Of a stretch of DNA of 64,000 nucleotides, positions 46,832 to 61,932 are shown piece after piece. The notes below the pieces were generated by a model that saw nothing but the letters and a program-made list of their open reading frames with translations, did not search any database and had not been told where the DNA came from. The translations under genes and the position numbers were made by a program. Each line of letters begins with the position of its first letter. The stretch's first letter is position 1. This DNA comes from Obrimoposthia wandeli (lineage: Eukaryota), in NCBI GenBank assembly GCA_977020255.1, contig CDROCS010000228.1, positions 744,001 through 808,000 on the forward strand. The letters are read 5' to 3'.

Positions 46832-48419
46832 TATATAAAACTATTTTGAAATTTTACGCATTTAGGCTGATTAGAATCCTCGACAATCCTCGACCGAGAA
46901 ACATCAAAGAATTAAAGGTGCATATTTGAACAAAAATAACCAACATTAAAAGAGAAATCTCTAAATGTAAAGTACATAATATAGTAGAAATTTTATGAAT
47001 ATGTTAAACAAAATGTATTTCATCTCCGTCGTCTTTTGTTTTTTTCTATCTTCTCATATATTTCAAACTCTTTAGCTGTATAAAGAAAACTCAAAAATAT
47101 TATCCCAATTACTAAAAAATCGGGAAAGGTAATAGGGATAAGATTTTAGAGTTTTCTGTGTATTTTCCATTTTAAATATAATAAAATTAAAAACTTTGTA
47201 AAGTAAAAAAAAATAAAGAAAAAAACGTTAAGAATCGGATATACATTTTTTAAATATGACTTAACTTTATCTATCGTATCATTTTTATTTCAGAAACTTG
47301 TATTTTTTTGGTTTCTGGTTTATATATGAGTCCGACTTATTGACAAGAATTAAGGGTTGTAAAACACTACTGAAAATAAAAAATATTAAGCTTTCAATTT
47401 GCCTTGAAGTTGTTCTAATTTACAGGTAAAAACAAAAGAAACATATTGAAAATGAACAATTGGTCTAATTAGCATGATTGTTAATTAGTATCTCATTGTT
47501 TTTCATGAAACAACAGTACAAAGAAAAACACTTAATTAAAATAATGATTAAGCTCATAAATATTTATTTAATGGGTTCAATATTTTAATTAATATTTTCT
47601 TACTGAAAAGATTTGTCAACTAAGTAATCGATTTACATGTTAAATATTGTGATTATACCATTAGTTTAATTACTGTTTAATTGCATATTCATTTGAATAC
47701 ATTGACAGAGTAGCTGTATGGTGATAATAAACTTTTATGATTTTATAATTTACATTTCCACCAAGAATTTTACATTATATAAAGAAGTTCATAGTACTTA
47801 TTTAGTCTAAATTGAAATCGAATTGTATTTAAAGGTTTAAAAGGTTATAATTTAGAAAATACAATTTTACATGTAAATTCTTGTTTCTCTACTTATTAGA
47901 TATTTTTAAGTAACCTTATACATGAATTATGTATTAAATATGTAAATCAATATTTTAATTTTTACAAAATTTGAACGTTCTGGAATGTTTTATTTGTCAT
48001 ATTTTAAATCAGTGTAAAATTCCGATTTAGAAATTTATTGTCCTACTTAATCTACAAAAATAAAATTGTGTAGGGTTCTCTAAACCATATTTTGTCATTT
48101 TCTTACATTTTTTTATTTACTCGCTTATTTGTGTAATTACGATGATTTCATTATATTTTCAAAATTTATTTCATTGAAGAAAGCGGTTATAATAATCGCA
48201 TGTATCGTCATACATTTCTAATTTAGATTTTTGTTGTTACGATTAACCGTTTCATATCACAAAGACACATCGGTTCTCTACATAGTGACTTGGTCTTGAT
48301 TGAACTATATTGCCTCGCTTTGTAAGCTCATCATTTTATATGTCCAATCTTGTACAATACAGATTTGTCGTAAAATTTACGCTAGTTGCACCAAAAATAC
48401 CACATGGCTTTCTTGCAAT

Positions 48420-48830
48420 GTATATATTTTTGGATTTTTTTCGGATTTCGGCCGGGATCAACGTACACCTTCTTTTGTTTAACATTCTTGAAGAGAAGCC
48501 ATTCATCATAACCAGTCACCAGGTGTTGAAAAAACGATTTTCTATAAGAGAGCTAATAGGGAATCAGCCAATTTGCATACTTTTCCATGCTTTTAAAGTC
48601 GCCTAATAATGGTGGATGGGTTAACGTCAAATTACTCCATCCGTGTCGTCACTTTAATTTTCATCTACCACTTCATTTCTTATCTTTTGAATCATCTTCA
48701 GACTCAACTTTCACCGATTGTTCCTTCACTGAAGAGTTTGTTAAAATTACGAAATGACTGTGAAGCAGTCCATCCTTTCTCAAAGTGTTACAGCATGATA
48801 TGACGTATTTGAAGGTGCTTATCGATAAAT
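48420..48830 (-). mobile_element. Mariner transposase relic (N-terminal HTH to first catalytic Asp)
   Basis: LQIRHIML.HFEKGWTASQSFRN..., V...STIIRRL and FQHLVTG.DEW...K, compared with Mos1-type FRHILLFYFRKG and LITGDEKW. Confidence 0.6.
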
Positions 48831-51719
48831 AATATTTTTTAATGGATATTGCCAAATAATATGGGCCATACTATTGTAATAGTATGACCTTTTTAAAAGA
48901 TTTTATGGTCATACTAGTAAGGAATATTATTTTGGAAAAATAATTGAAACAAACCAAAAAAATAAAATATATAAAGTCGTTAATTATGCATCAATCTGAT
49001 ATTAATTCATTTAATTCATAAGGAAATATAAATATTTCAAAAGTTAGTTCAAATTTTTATCGAACAATCAATAACTAATTTTGGAAAATTCCCGAGCTGA
49101 TATTTACGAAACACGACGATATATTGTTCCATGACGTCTTAATTATTATCCTAGATGTATGGCGCGATGTCATATACAAGTAGCCAATTAGCAGGATAAA
49201 TGGTTCACAATGTCTGACTTTGTAGTCAGCAAACCCGAATGTGGGGAAGATCGGGTGACATTTGGCATTTCCAGTCTTCTATACAGATAATGTAGTTCCC
49301 GGAACATATCGAGGCGACGGACTAGAAAATCAGCCAAATGCTGGGATATTACTTGCCAGAACTATTTGGCTTCTAATTCGATCCGAGCTTTGTCTCAACG
49401 ATTTATCGCTGATCGATAAGTAGAGCACATTTCCGCTTAGATTATATGAACACAATGAAATATTTTATTAAGACTAAAGAAATAAGAAAATAATTGTTAT
49501 CAATATTTCTTTCAACAGACTTTCATAACTCATAATTTATTACTAACATAAGTAAACTTGGGCAAGAGTGTATAAATTATTAGGTTACAAAATATATGAT
49601 AATTAATGACAGTTATCAAAGTAAATTTGATCTATTGTTGCCTTCGCTTCAGTTCTTGAATTGTAATTCACATAAGCATAGCCAAGAGATTTTCTCGTAA
49701 TCAATCGTCATATTTTTATAGACACGATATTTCCATCCACATTAAATTTATCATAAAGAATGGCATCAGTAACAGCAGGGTTCAGATCTCCGAAAATACT
49801 CACACAGATCACAAAATTAGTCATGTTTTCTTTATTTGCATTACATCAATAACCCACAAAAAAATACTGAGCTGATTACACCAACTACAAACCCAGACAC
49901 AAACAATCACGCACACGGATCATGCTGATTAGCCAACAACAAAGCACTTCAAAGCATTCTTTTCCAATTGGCAAATTCAAAATCCTCTCATTACGTGATT
50001 CAGCAAAATTGTTGAATCAGGTTTTCTAATCTCAATAAGCAATTGAAAGTACATTTTATTCATTTGCATCAAAAAAGCATTTTATTTAAACATACAAATT
50101 ATGACTTCTTTTTAAATATTTTTTTACAATTTTACACCATTTAAAAGATTGTTTCTTAATTATTTTTTGTCTGTTTATATTACTATTCCTTTCACAATCC
50201 GAATTTCTGCAAATATTTTCTTTGATTGGTTGCTGGATTCCTCTGAAATATTTTCAAAATCAAAAAAAATGTAAGTTATCAACATGAAATTCCTTTTTAT
50301 TTAGATATTTTTAAAAATTGCAGTATTGAGCACACAGAAAATCAAAGGTTGTAGAATTCACACAACTTAGGGAAAACATTTATTATGAGTGAAATGGAGA
50401 AAACATAAAGAATTAGTGACGGTAATACAGCCTTGCAGTTATACCCAGTGGACTTATGCTAAAACTCCAACCAATTGCTATTTCAGTCAATAAAAGCTTT
50501 GAATCACTAGTTGCCAGTTATAAAAGGTGGCATATACAAGAAAGAATATATACGAAATGATTTGTCAGTGGTTTGCAAAAGCTTGTGAAAAGCTGTATTT
50601 ATGTGTTATAAATGGCTTTCACAGATCGAACAGTTTTGAATGCACCTACACATATTACATATTGTCAAATATAAATTATATGTGTTTCTTGCGCTTGTGA
50701 TCGAAAGCTTGGTTTGTTTTAATCTCTGCTATAAAATGGTGACCACAAATTCCAATTAAATTCAATAATAATAACCATTTTATAGTTTGTTTAAATATAT
50801 AAAATATATATTTTGTGAATTGCTAAGAATTGAAGTTGTGACAGTTATTTTGAATCAATTTTTATTTCACGAGCTAAAAAAAAACGAGCTAAAGTTTCAT
50901 GTTCAATTTGACACAAAACCCTTTTTAGTGGAAGTGTATGAACTCATTTTCACACATGATATACATTTGAAGAGTAAATTATCAAGTTCAACAAACCTTT
51001 CTCCACAGTTCGACTCGTTCTCATGCTGATCGGTTTGCTAAACGTGCATCTTTTCTGACTAAACGATTTCCTAAAGACGTTCTCACGACTAAAGTACAGC
51101 ATACCGGTATCGTCTTCGTCAATGCTGAGTGGAATAAATCAAATAAGGTAACGCTGTAACCAGTGTTGCGTAGATTCCCTAAAATATACATTATGTTTTA
51201 ATAAATGGAATTACTGATTGTGTTATTCTAGGCACTTATATCACATAACTTTCAAATTTAAAAACATAGAAAAAAACTGCTATACAAAGACTAATATTGT
51301 AAAAAAATTACCGTTGTTACACAAAAACGTGCCAACTATTACCCATTCAACTTGTCATTTCATATATTTCTTTCAAAATATATGGAACCAACTTTAACTT
51401 AAAATAAGAAGTTTAGGAAACCCCTTCAATTTTATTGCATAATCGATTATGTCACCTGTCAAGCATATGACCTTTTCAACAACAAAAAAATAAACGGGTC
51501 ATTTCTTGAAAAACGGAATCAATACGTTGACAATGTAAAAATGTAGCTTTATTGTGACACTATTTCGTTTTTGTTTCATATTTCTTCTGTTGCGTTTTTA
51601 CAAAAATTAAAGATTTTTATGTATTTATTTTCTCAGGTAAGTATTCATGTAAGTTATTAATTATACCTTACATTTGTTCCTTTATTCAGAAACTTTTAAA
51701 ATTGAAACAGAAAAAGGAA

Positions 51720-52200
51720 AAGGAAAAATTACAGACTTCGTTACGTGAAAAGATATGTATTCTAGCTAGAATTTTCAGAGAACCATCTGGCATAAGTCAA
51801 CGCAAATGTGCAGAAATAATTGGGTGACCCAAATCTACAATAGCTCGGTGAGACTCTTCAAACATACATGATGCAACAATGAATTACATTGTTTTCTATC
51901 TTGAATTCTTTAGGAAGTTTTCTCTTTCAGTAGGTATACTTGGAAGAATAAAAACATAGTTGGGCTCATGTTTTATATTTTTATCAACATAGAAATATAA
52001 TAAATACTTCTTATTTCGTGTGTTAAACTTTGTGTATAAGAACAGACAATCCTTCATTAAACATTCAAAACGTTCGTCTCAAACTTATACAGATATTTTA
52101 ACAGTATTGCATTTTTTTTTCTTTCTTTCTGAGTGCTATATAAATAAAAATACTATTCGTTTAATTGTGGCATCCGCTTGGGGCAAAATACATTTTACAA
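51720..52200 (+). mobile_element. Possible Tc1-like transposase relic
   Basis: An HTH-like SQRKCAEIIG.PKSTIAR near 51800 and a V.AWG-like fragment near 52170. Confidence 0.3.
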
Positions 52201-53554
52201 ATGTCTCAATTAAGAGGATTTCCCTATATTTCGAAAATTATTAGGAATTTAAATATTTAGGTATTCTTAAATAGTAAACTTACCGTATTTCTCTGCGTAT
52301 AGACGTCCCTTCAAAAAGAAACTCCATTTTTACAAAATTTAATATATCTCTATGATGAACATATAAGCTCCATAATATATAAAAATGTAGTAAAATAGTA
52401 AACAAGACGTTGTAACTATTGACTGAAAGTCATAATCACCTCTTTTCAAGCGTATACAATAAATAATTGCCTGTGTCACGGTTACCTTCTCAATCAAATT
52501 GGAATATCGATGAGACAATTATGTATTTGGACATGATTGAGAACTCGACTGTCGATCCCCTGGTCATATACAGCTACATTTTCCCACTATCAGTACATAC
52601 ATAGGTTACGGTGTAAAATTCCAACCAATGGTGATGAGTGGAATTTCGTTTTATCGTAGTTGCCAGGTCAATTAAGAAATGCTTTACAACCGTTCCAATG
52701 GACTGCATATAGGTTGATTTCGGTGAAAAGGTAGAGGATGATGAAGAAGGAACGAAAGAGATGACATAGCTGTATGAAAAACACAATCAAGCCTTTGTCC
52801 ACGCTACATCTTCGGGTGGCCATCATTTTGAGGACTGTGACAAATTTATATGGCATATAATGGAAACAATGTAATATTTAATTGGTTTTAGATAAATTAA
52901 ATTTAATTTTTTGAACCCCTCTCAAATTAAAATCAGGAAATAAGGTTTCTTATGAAGGGGGTTTATACGCAAAGAGATACTTCAATAAGTTCACATATAC
53001 AAAGAATGAGTCATTTAATTTTAAAATCTTGTTAAACTATATCAAAAATATATATTTTGAAAAAATTATTTACATTTAAAAATGTCCCTATTGGCGATTG
53101 CCTCCTTTCTTTATAAAATTTAATATATGTAGTATTAAACGTGTTTTATGGGTGTTCTTTTTTATTAAAAACCCTGCTCCCGTTTGAAGATGTCGTCACT
53201 AGCATTATTAATATATGCTACAAATCTGGTTTATTGTGTTTAGAATTCTTGTTACTTTTCATGACATTAGATAATCAATACAAATGACAACTTGTAGAAA
53301 TAATCAAACTATAATCAAAATTTAGGTCAGCTCTTATTAATAAATAAGACTTAAATTGTACAATATGTGATTAATATAATACCAATTAATACCAATAAAT
53401 GACCATAATTCAGGATCGCATTAGAATTAAATCTCGCATACTTCATGAGTGTTATATATAATGGGACAGAATTTGTTGAAAGTCAAAAAAGTAAAATAAA
53501 TATCAACTTATTACTTACAATGAAAATTGAAAAATATTTTAAAAAAGAGCTCAC

Positions 53555-54264
53555 CTGCTATCATCTATATCTGTTATTTGCGACTTGAGAAGATACTCAT
53601 CGAGAAGACGACTGGAAGAAGAAGAAAAAAAAGACTCAGAAGAAGAAGAAGTAGGGGGAGGGAGAGGAGGATAAAGTTGTGGTGAAGATCCATGGCCTGC
53701 AAAATAGGCAGATCTGGGTCTTTGAGAGAGATTGTGATTATTGTCTGTAGTTTTAGTGCAACTGTCTCGACAGTAATTGAAGGACAGAGCTTGAGGTAGG
53801 AGCTGATGCTGATGATGGGGTTGATGTCGATTTACTAAACTAGCAGGCTCTAAAACACTACAGCCACTACTACATCTAGCACTACAACCACTGCCAGCAG
53901 CACCACAACCTGTACCAGTGATTCTGCTGCCTATGTCGCTGGTGTCTCTGTCGCAATCAGTGATGCTGGAGCATCTTGTAACAATGACAGAGACTTCAGC
54001 AGCAGCAGCAGCAGAAGCAGCAGCAGTAACATCAGCAGTGGCGGTGGTTGTGAGAGCATTGGTACAGGGTGAATGTGGTACAACTATGCAGGAAGAAGGG
54101 TCAGAAGTTGGAGTCACTGGCAATGAGGAGGACCGTCGCTTCGGGAATCTCACAGACGGAGATGGAAAGGAGCAGGACGAGAAGGACAGAAATCTGGTTG
54201 AGCTTTCTATCGGGATGGCTGGAAACACTCCACCAATCTTCAATCTAGGCACTGCGTCTACTTG
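53555..54264 (-). CDS. Internal exon of the unidentified host gene (Ser/Thr/Ala/Cys-rich, low complexity)
   Basis: Acceptor TTCAG| at 54265 (phase 0) and donor AG|GTGAG at 53554 (phase 2); GC-rich open frame QVDAVPRLKIGGVFPAIP...RPRSAY...LLDEYLLKSQITDIDDS. Confidence 0.7.
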
Positions 54265-55107
54265 CTGAATTTGGAAAATAATTTGATTAAAAATCAAATA
54301 TCAAACAAATAACTCATTAACACACGATAACCTTTTAAACGTACACAAACTTTCCTGTTAAATGCCCACAATTTCTACTTACAAATGATAATAATGGTCA
54401 TTTAAAAACGTTTATTACACATATAGTTTCAACTAAAAAGATAATGACTGAGATGCTACATTAACATAATGCAGAATACTAATACTGATCATTTGTAAGT
54501 AATAATGTTGAGCATTTTACACAGGGTCCCAGAATCACTGTGAATTTTTTTAATGTATTTACGATATTAGAATTCATAAATTTGTATCAAATCAGAGTAA
54601 AAATAGATGTATAGGAAATTTGCATCCGTACATGCTTTCAATTGCCATTTTGTTAAGATTAGTTTACATCGAGACAACAGAAAACTTTGGTAATTTTTAA
54701 AACAGTTTTCTAACATATTTTATTTCTACATGTATATGGTGAATTTGCAGACTATTCTGCTAAAATATGTACTTTTACAAACTCTAAAAGTTCTAAAAAA
54801 ATGAATCATTTAAAAAAAATTAACTCAATTTTTTAGATTAGATTTTCAAAAAGCGTTTTCAAAAATCTTTGAATTAAATAAATAATTATTCGGATAACCT
54901 TATTTTTATTTTAGTTCAACATAATATGTAAATTTTTCCAAATATTAAAAAGTTAAACCTTATGTTTAGAAAAAAAGTAGAACATTATAAATAAAATATA
55001 TTTTAAAATTAGGTATATTTTATTTTTTCGGCCAGTTCCAATTCGGATTGTGTGCATTTCTTCAGCAAATAAAAATCTTTAAAATATCAAAACTTGATAA
55101 CAATATA

Positions 55108-55321
55108 CAGTCAGACCTCTACATAACGAACACTCTACATAACGAACACTTTTTTTTAACGAACGGTAAACCAAAATTCCCTGGATTTTTATTGCTTTTT
55201 ATTGGTTAGGAAAAAATAAATACATGTCTTATTGTAAAAGTTTATTAAATTGTTCGTTCCTTTTTTTAACGAACATGGAATTTTTTGAAAAGTTGGTGTT
55301 CGTTATGTAGAGGTCTGACTG
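55108..55321. mobile_element. Second copy of the TA-flanked MITE, opposite orientation
   Basis: Same TIRs and TA flanks; the internally duplicated CTCTACATAACGAACAC is at the opposite end. Confidence 0.9.
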
Positions 55322-57940
55322 TAATTATAAATGTAAATTAAATGAAATATGACAAAGCTAGAGTAAATGGTATTAAAATACTGTTAGTTTACTTTTGATA
55401 ATTTTTTTATTTTATATTTTCAAAGAAAGTAGTTGGTTTTTATCGAAGCTCTTTTGAGTAATAAATCGCAGAAATATTAGTTGTTAGCGCTACATTAAAT
55501 ATATTACTGTTATATTATTATTATATGGACATAAAAGCAATTTTCAGCTTTATATGTATAATTATTAATAGTTATATAAATGACCTATTATAGTAAGTAA
55601 CATAAGTGCATTTAAACATTTGTTTTGTTAAAAAAGTTTAGAATTAATAATAATTTTAGTACCTAAACTTCAAGATTAACTATTAAATAATAGAGTTGCC
55701 TGAAAATGGTGTTTTTTAAAATGTTTAAAAATGTTCGAATGTTTTTTTAAATAAATTAATTCAAATAGGGTGACTTACAAACAAAAGTATAGTAAAAAAA
55801 GGTACTAAACAATAGCGATATTTTTGGACTGACCGATATACTTAATTAAATATTATGCATTGAAAAATTGTAAATTTTACAGATTTCCTTTGGCCAATCA
55901 ATAGATTAACTAGTTACCAAATATGTAGCGTCGGTGGAGCCTTAGCAGTCTATAAAGATGTAGTAAAGTTAAAATAAATTTGTAATTATTAGTTTAAAAC
56001 CATTTCGAGCAATTAATACAATGTTATTGCACCGGAAACAAGTGGTGTCATGTGGCAACAGCGGTGGAATGGCCGGCGACTATTGGCCTCCAGCTACTGG
56101 CTGCCGTTATGTGTACCGAGGAATAATTGTTGTGTGCTACAGTGTCTGCAATGGTTCCTTTCGCCATGATGTGTAGTTTTTTCCCCAGTTATATAAATGT
56201 TAATAATAAGGTACTCCTACAAAATGCTTATAATTAAATCCTTTATGCATATACATTCTTAATTAGATATTAAATATTTTTGTTGAATAATGGTGAAAAT
56301 CGAACATATAATGTTGATTGAAATTAATGTGTGCTGTTAAATCATTTTACCTTTATGTCTAATAACATTTCTAAAACACACCTCACATTTTTGACTACAG
56401 TTGAGTAAAAAAAATTTTATTATATTTAGTTTTTTTGTGGTAATTAAAAATATTTTATCAAGTCAGTTGTGAATCAATTTATACAAAAATATTTTCATTG
56501 CTATTTTAGTGTAGCATTCTTTCATTACCAGCTTTTTATGCAGCAAATCATCCATAAAATACAAGTGTGCTCTGGTAGTGTACTAAATAATGCAAGGTAG
56601 AACAGTCAAGAAATAGAAAATAAACAGAAATAAACCCACGAACGGTGCATGCAAAACATACAATAATAAAAATAATAATAACAACATCGAATATAAAGCT
56701 CACCGATAGATTAGGTCTGCAAAGTGATTGACACAATAAAAGCGAAGCCACGGTGAGAAAGTGACCCCAAAGGCATTAATTAGACGTTTGGTGTCATTTA
56801 TTATCTTAAGGCCTATGAAATAGCCACAAATATAATGATCAGTTTTATGGGTTTCACTGATGACTTTCAATAGAAAAATAATTTAACAGGTTATACGTAT
56901 TTTAGTAAATTTAAATAAACAGCAGGCGGTTATAAATATCCACTTTAAAATTGGAACTGTTGATATTTGAAAGCTAGATATCAAAGAGCAGCTAATCAGT
57001 TAAACATTGTCATATTTAACCGACCAAGTGCTCCCAACTCTGTCATTCAGAGACTAAATATTATCCGTTACCACTCGCAACTTCATTTGCGTTATCTTCA
57101 TCAAGAGCGAGAAAACTGAAGATTTTTAAGTTTAATATTTTCTTTGTTGCTACATTTTTATTTCTAACAAAAACAAAAGTTGCAGAACTATACAGGCTTA
57201 ATATGATATAGATTTTCCTTGAATCACATATATGAAAATATTCTTGCTTAAACATATACATTACTCAAGATTCAAGATAAATTGAAGCACGTTCAAACCG
57301 AGGAATACTGTAACAATAAAATAAATTGAAGAGAAATATTGACCACTTGCTTGGCCACGCAAAGGTTATGATAAACACGGAACAGGGGAATTTTAGGCCT
57401 CTAACGGTACTTAGAAAAACTGATTTAATGTCAAGTTTTTACCAGTGTGCTTACTGTAATTATTATTTTAAAAGATAAAAACACTAAAACACTTATGAAT
57501 ACTTCCTATTTATTATAAAAAAATGTTTTAATGCATACACTAGATATAAAATAAGACTCTTTTTTCAACATTCGTTCAAAATTTCAATTTATCTTCTGTT
57601 CTTTTATGCACATGTTATTTTTATTCTTAAAATGTCAAATCACAAAGTAAATTATTCTAATTAATGGCGTAGACTTAAGAACAAAAATCTGTGACTCAAA
57701 TCAAAGTCTGTCAGTAGAAGAGATAAAAGTGAATAAATAATTTAAAAAGTATTTCAAAATCTACTTCATGTTATATAATATAACTAATTAAAATTTTATA
57801 TCATGTACTCAGTTACCCAGATAATATTTACCTAAATTAAATAATTATGCAAATAATTTACTAATACACAATTAAGTAACCAAATAAAAATAACTTCCCC
57901 GTATAAAATATCGTATGTAGCGTGTATGTCAGAATTGTTC

Positions 57941-57943
<3 letters not shown>

Positions 57944-57974
<31 letters not shown>
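57944..57974. repeat. (AT)n microsatellite
   Basis: About 15 perfect AT units. Confidence 0.95.
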
Positions 57975-57977
<3 letters not shown>

Positions 57978-59649
57978 GGTACACATTATCTGTCCAAAAG
58001 ATATAAAAGAACGAGTGTTATATCAATACACATTTGCATTCGACACTGTAATATATAGATATTGTTATCATTTTTATACAGGCTATTGTATGTTTGAATA
58101 TTGCTCAGAACATTATTAATATCAAATCCCCAAGTGAATTCAAAGTTGTCTGGAAATGGTGGATATATACATTGTGTAATGAATATTCGTCGTACGTCTT
58201 CAGACAGGTGACATTAAAAATAGTCTCAACTTTAATTTATTCTAAAAAAATAAAATTTAAATTGATTTCTTGAGAATCTAGATAAAAATCATAAAATATC
58301 CATCTGATAATCTAACAATAATTCATTTACAAAAATTCAGACAATGGTTAGAAGTTTTTGAATATGATGGTTGAGTAAATATGCTTCTCCTTGTCAGAAA
58401 ACTTTCTAAAAATAGAAGTTGAAAACAGTAATGGCTCACATAACTGAAAAGATATTATTGACCAACAAGAATTCTATATAAATGTCTAAAAATATTCTTC
58501 AGACCAAACAAATATGTTGAGTCGTTCAATATCAGATTATAGGAACCTCATAAAAATCAAATATTGCAAACTAACCGAATTTGATCTAGTTGCATTAAAA
58601 TTAATAAAATTCGTTAGACAAACATAGCAAAGAAAACCAAATTATTTTTTAAGCTGTTTATTTTTTATATTTATTTTACTTTGGTAATTATTTGGAAACA
58701 TGAAAGACATCGATGACTCTCGCTAAGTTATTCGATTTCTAATTTTAAGTGAAATATACAACAAAAACATCCTCAAGAATATGAAAGTTTTAGTTTAGTG
58801 TCTTTGAAAGTGTCTTTGACAGCAAGTGTGGTAGATCATAGAAAATTATAAAAAAATGGAACTGATTTTTCGAATAAATGCAACCATCGTAGCAGTGCCA
58901 CAAAATGTGGCTCGTGAAAACAATCTCGCCCGTTGAATAACATGAGCCCCAGCTTTAAGTTAAACATTGTCACTGAAGACGAGATGCTATTGAGTCTCTA
59001 AATCCCTCAATCTAGGCGAGAGTCCAAGGCATGTATTTACTGATGGGGTGTCAGGTTGACTAGTGTCAGGGAACTTTATCCAGCAAATTTGCATCAGAAT
59101 GCCGGGACATGTTAGAAATTTAATATATCCATTTTATTTCCAATCTCATTTTATAATTTCCTATCATTATTAAATTTCATTTCATTGTCAATTTTAATTG
59201 AAAATATTACTTTATTTGAATAATCAATAATACGAATTATAATTTTCAATTAAGAAAAAAGAAGAGGAGAATGCAGCAGAAGCTCAGAGCTTTTTATAAA
59301 AATAGGTCTGTGAAAAATATTATCCATGGATCTTTGAATCAAAGCAGAAATTATATATATTCTCTGGGGAAACAGACGAAACTTATTCGAAACAGGATTC
59401 AAATCCATGGTTGACTACAAGACTACAAAGTTCATCAATGTTAATGGGAACCATCTGGAAAAAATAATATATTTATCCACAATTGCTGAGAACATAAAAT
59501 TTGGTTGTCTTTGCTATTTCATTTCTATGTTAGTCAAAGGACTTTTTGGATATTACAATGTCCTATGTTTTAGTTAGTATCTGAATGTAATTTTGTCAGC
59601 GATTTCTATTTATAGTTTGAATAGTTGGCATTATTAATATATGCTCATG

Positions 59650-60250
59650 GTTCTTATTCTGTAGATATCGCCAGATATTCTCATAAACCCGATGGCAGTT
59701 TCATCGGGTGCATCTTCATCGTCTGATTTTAGCCTTCTTTATTGTTCGCACTTTTCTTTGACAACTAAATTGACATTTCTGTGTTTAAAGACCTACATAT
59801 ATAGCAATTTGTTAATAAATATGTTAATCACTTCACCTGTCAACATGCGTTTCGATCTAGAAACAAGAAACTTTTGTTTAGAGATAACAGGTTTGTTAGT
59901 TTGCAGTTTATTACGGTAAAATCTGAAATTGAGGCATTATGTACATATTCGACAACACTAAAAGATTTCCGTGTTAAATTTGAACGACTACCGATAAATT
60001 TTATTAGGGATGTTGACTGCATATTTCCATTTTTAATTGCCGTTCAAGAAATTATTTTTGTTCGCATTTACTTTTTTCCAAGGAGCGATTTATGGTTTGT
60101 CTCGTAATGTCGTTATACCCACGATGCTCTGTAAACCACTGTCCCGGAACATATAATAAATATTCGTTTATTACCCTTGATAATCATACCATACTACTCT
60201 CAGTCCACCAACTCTGGAACTCTCTGCTGCTTGTTGATCCATGTAATTGT
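59650..60250 (-). mobile_element. Possible pogo/Tigger DDE transposase relic
   Basis: SGLQSIVGITTLRDK resembles TS.LQP.D.GII..K; heavily degraded. Confidence 0.3.
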
Positions 60251-61016
60251 AATTTTATTTTATTTTGCCATGTTAATTGAGAACTGTCAGAAATGTTAGA
60301 GGTTTAAATAAAAAAGTATTCTTATCTTCATAAAATGAACATTACTTAAAGGAAATTTTGAAACTAGCAACAAAAAATCCAATGTCAAAGAATGTGACTG
60401 CAAATTGAAAATTGACTGAATTATGAACAAGATTTCCATTTGATAATTTATGAATAGATTTTATTAAAAGAGTAAATTTCAATTTTATAATTCATATCTA
60501 TATTTAATTTTGTTATAATTATTTTGAAAAAAATTCTCGAAACACAAAAGTTTGATTTGAAACAGGTTGAAATTTTGTATTCACTCTGTGTTGGGTTGAA
60601 GTAAATTTATAAAAATATCCTAAATTTAACATAATTATATTTTTGTATACATGCTAGTAAATGCTTCGCACGTGCCATCTCAGACACATGTGTCATAGGT
60701 TCGCCAATTATGATCTAGAACCTTTTCTGGATCTGGCACTATTCCTTGCTTGAAGATAAGTTAAAATCAAAAAACCAGTTTCAACCAAATATGATTTTTT
60801 TTAAATGTCAATTTTGGAGATAAATGGCCAAGGTTATTTTCGGTTATCTACTATGACATACATATTTATTAAAAAATATTGTATTTTGAAATATTTTATT
60901 ATTAAACATTAGCTTTATTTTCTACTTCCCCGTTGGGAAACTCCAATTGAAACTATATCGATTTTGCCATATCTAAGCGGTTCAAGCCTAGAGAAAGTCA
61001 AGTGAACAGAACTCAC

Positions 61017-61667
61017 CTCATAATCAGTTATAAAACCGGAAGACAAATGGTTGGAATCGGCCAACGACGGCTCATTGGTGCGCTCGCTAGTCGGATTGGA
61101 GAGGTCATCATCGCCACCACCTCCACCTTCTCGCAGACTGGGACTGCTGTGTCTGAGGCTACTGCTGTGGTTGTCATGGTCCCCACCACAAGAGCTGACT
61201 CTGTCTGTGACATCGTGGCGAGCATGTTCGTCATCGTACTCGCCCGGCAGAGAGCCGTCATGCTCGGACTGTAGACAGATTAGATCCTGTGATTGGCTGT
61301 TAGAGGCTGCGGCCTCAAGATGCCTTGGTGACGAGCCTCCACTCATGTTGTCAAGGTCACCGTCATGATTGTCATGGTGACGACTGCTGTCATAGCGACT
61401 GTAGTAATCGTCCTCGTCGTGTCGATAGAAGCGCTCGTGATGGTTGCGACTGTGCAGTTCATTATAGCGCTCGGCTCGCTCCCGATTATAGCCGGGAATC
61501 AGGGCCGAATGATGACCACCTTCATGGTCGTCGTCATGGTTACCGAGGCCGATGGCCGGATCGGTCAGCTTGAGACTGAAGAGGTGCTGGTCGTCGTATC
61601 GCATCGGGGTGTGCACGTCCGCTGCCACAGTGACATTGTGACAAAAATTGGCGTCCACTGAGGCCAG
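61017..61667 (-). CDS. Internal exon of the unidentified host gene (His/Asp/Ser-rich), 217 codons
   Basis: Acceptor GTTGCAG| at 61668 and donor GAG|GTGAGT at 61016; phase 0 at both ends, compatible with the 54264 exon. Confidence 0.75.
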
Positions 61668-61932
61668 CTGCAACGACACACAGAACAAATTTAAAAGTCT
61701 GTCAAACAGATTTATTATGGGATTCGTGACACTGTTATCATATTTATATACAGAAATTCTATGTCTTATTAGCATTATGTGACATAAATATGTTTTACCG
61801 ATATGTGAATGTACAATGACACAATGATACGCGTTGTTTAGATAATATATAACCATTAATTGGATTGAAATTGGTATTTTCAAATATTGAGCAGCTATAT
61901 TTCATTTCATACACAAAGCCCGAATAGGACGC

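Noticed and set aside
53918-54268. 116-aa + strand ORF, and similar overlapping ORFs at 61002-61661
   Set aside because: These are shadows of GC-rich minus-strand host exons that have proper splice sites.
56020-56175. GC-rich patch with a short minus-strand ATG ORF (MAKGTIAD...)
   Set aside because: No convincing splice sites or homologous motif; it could be an enhancer or repeat remnant.
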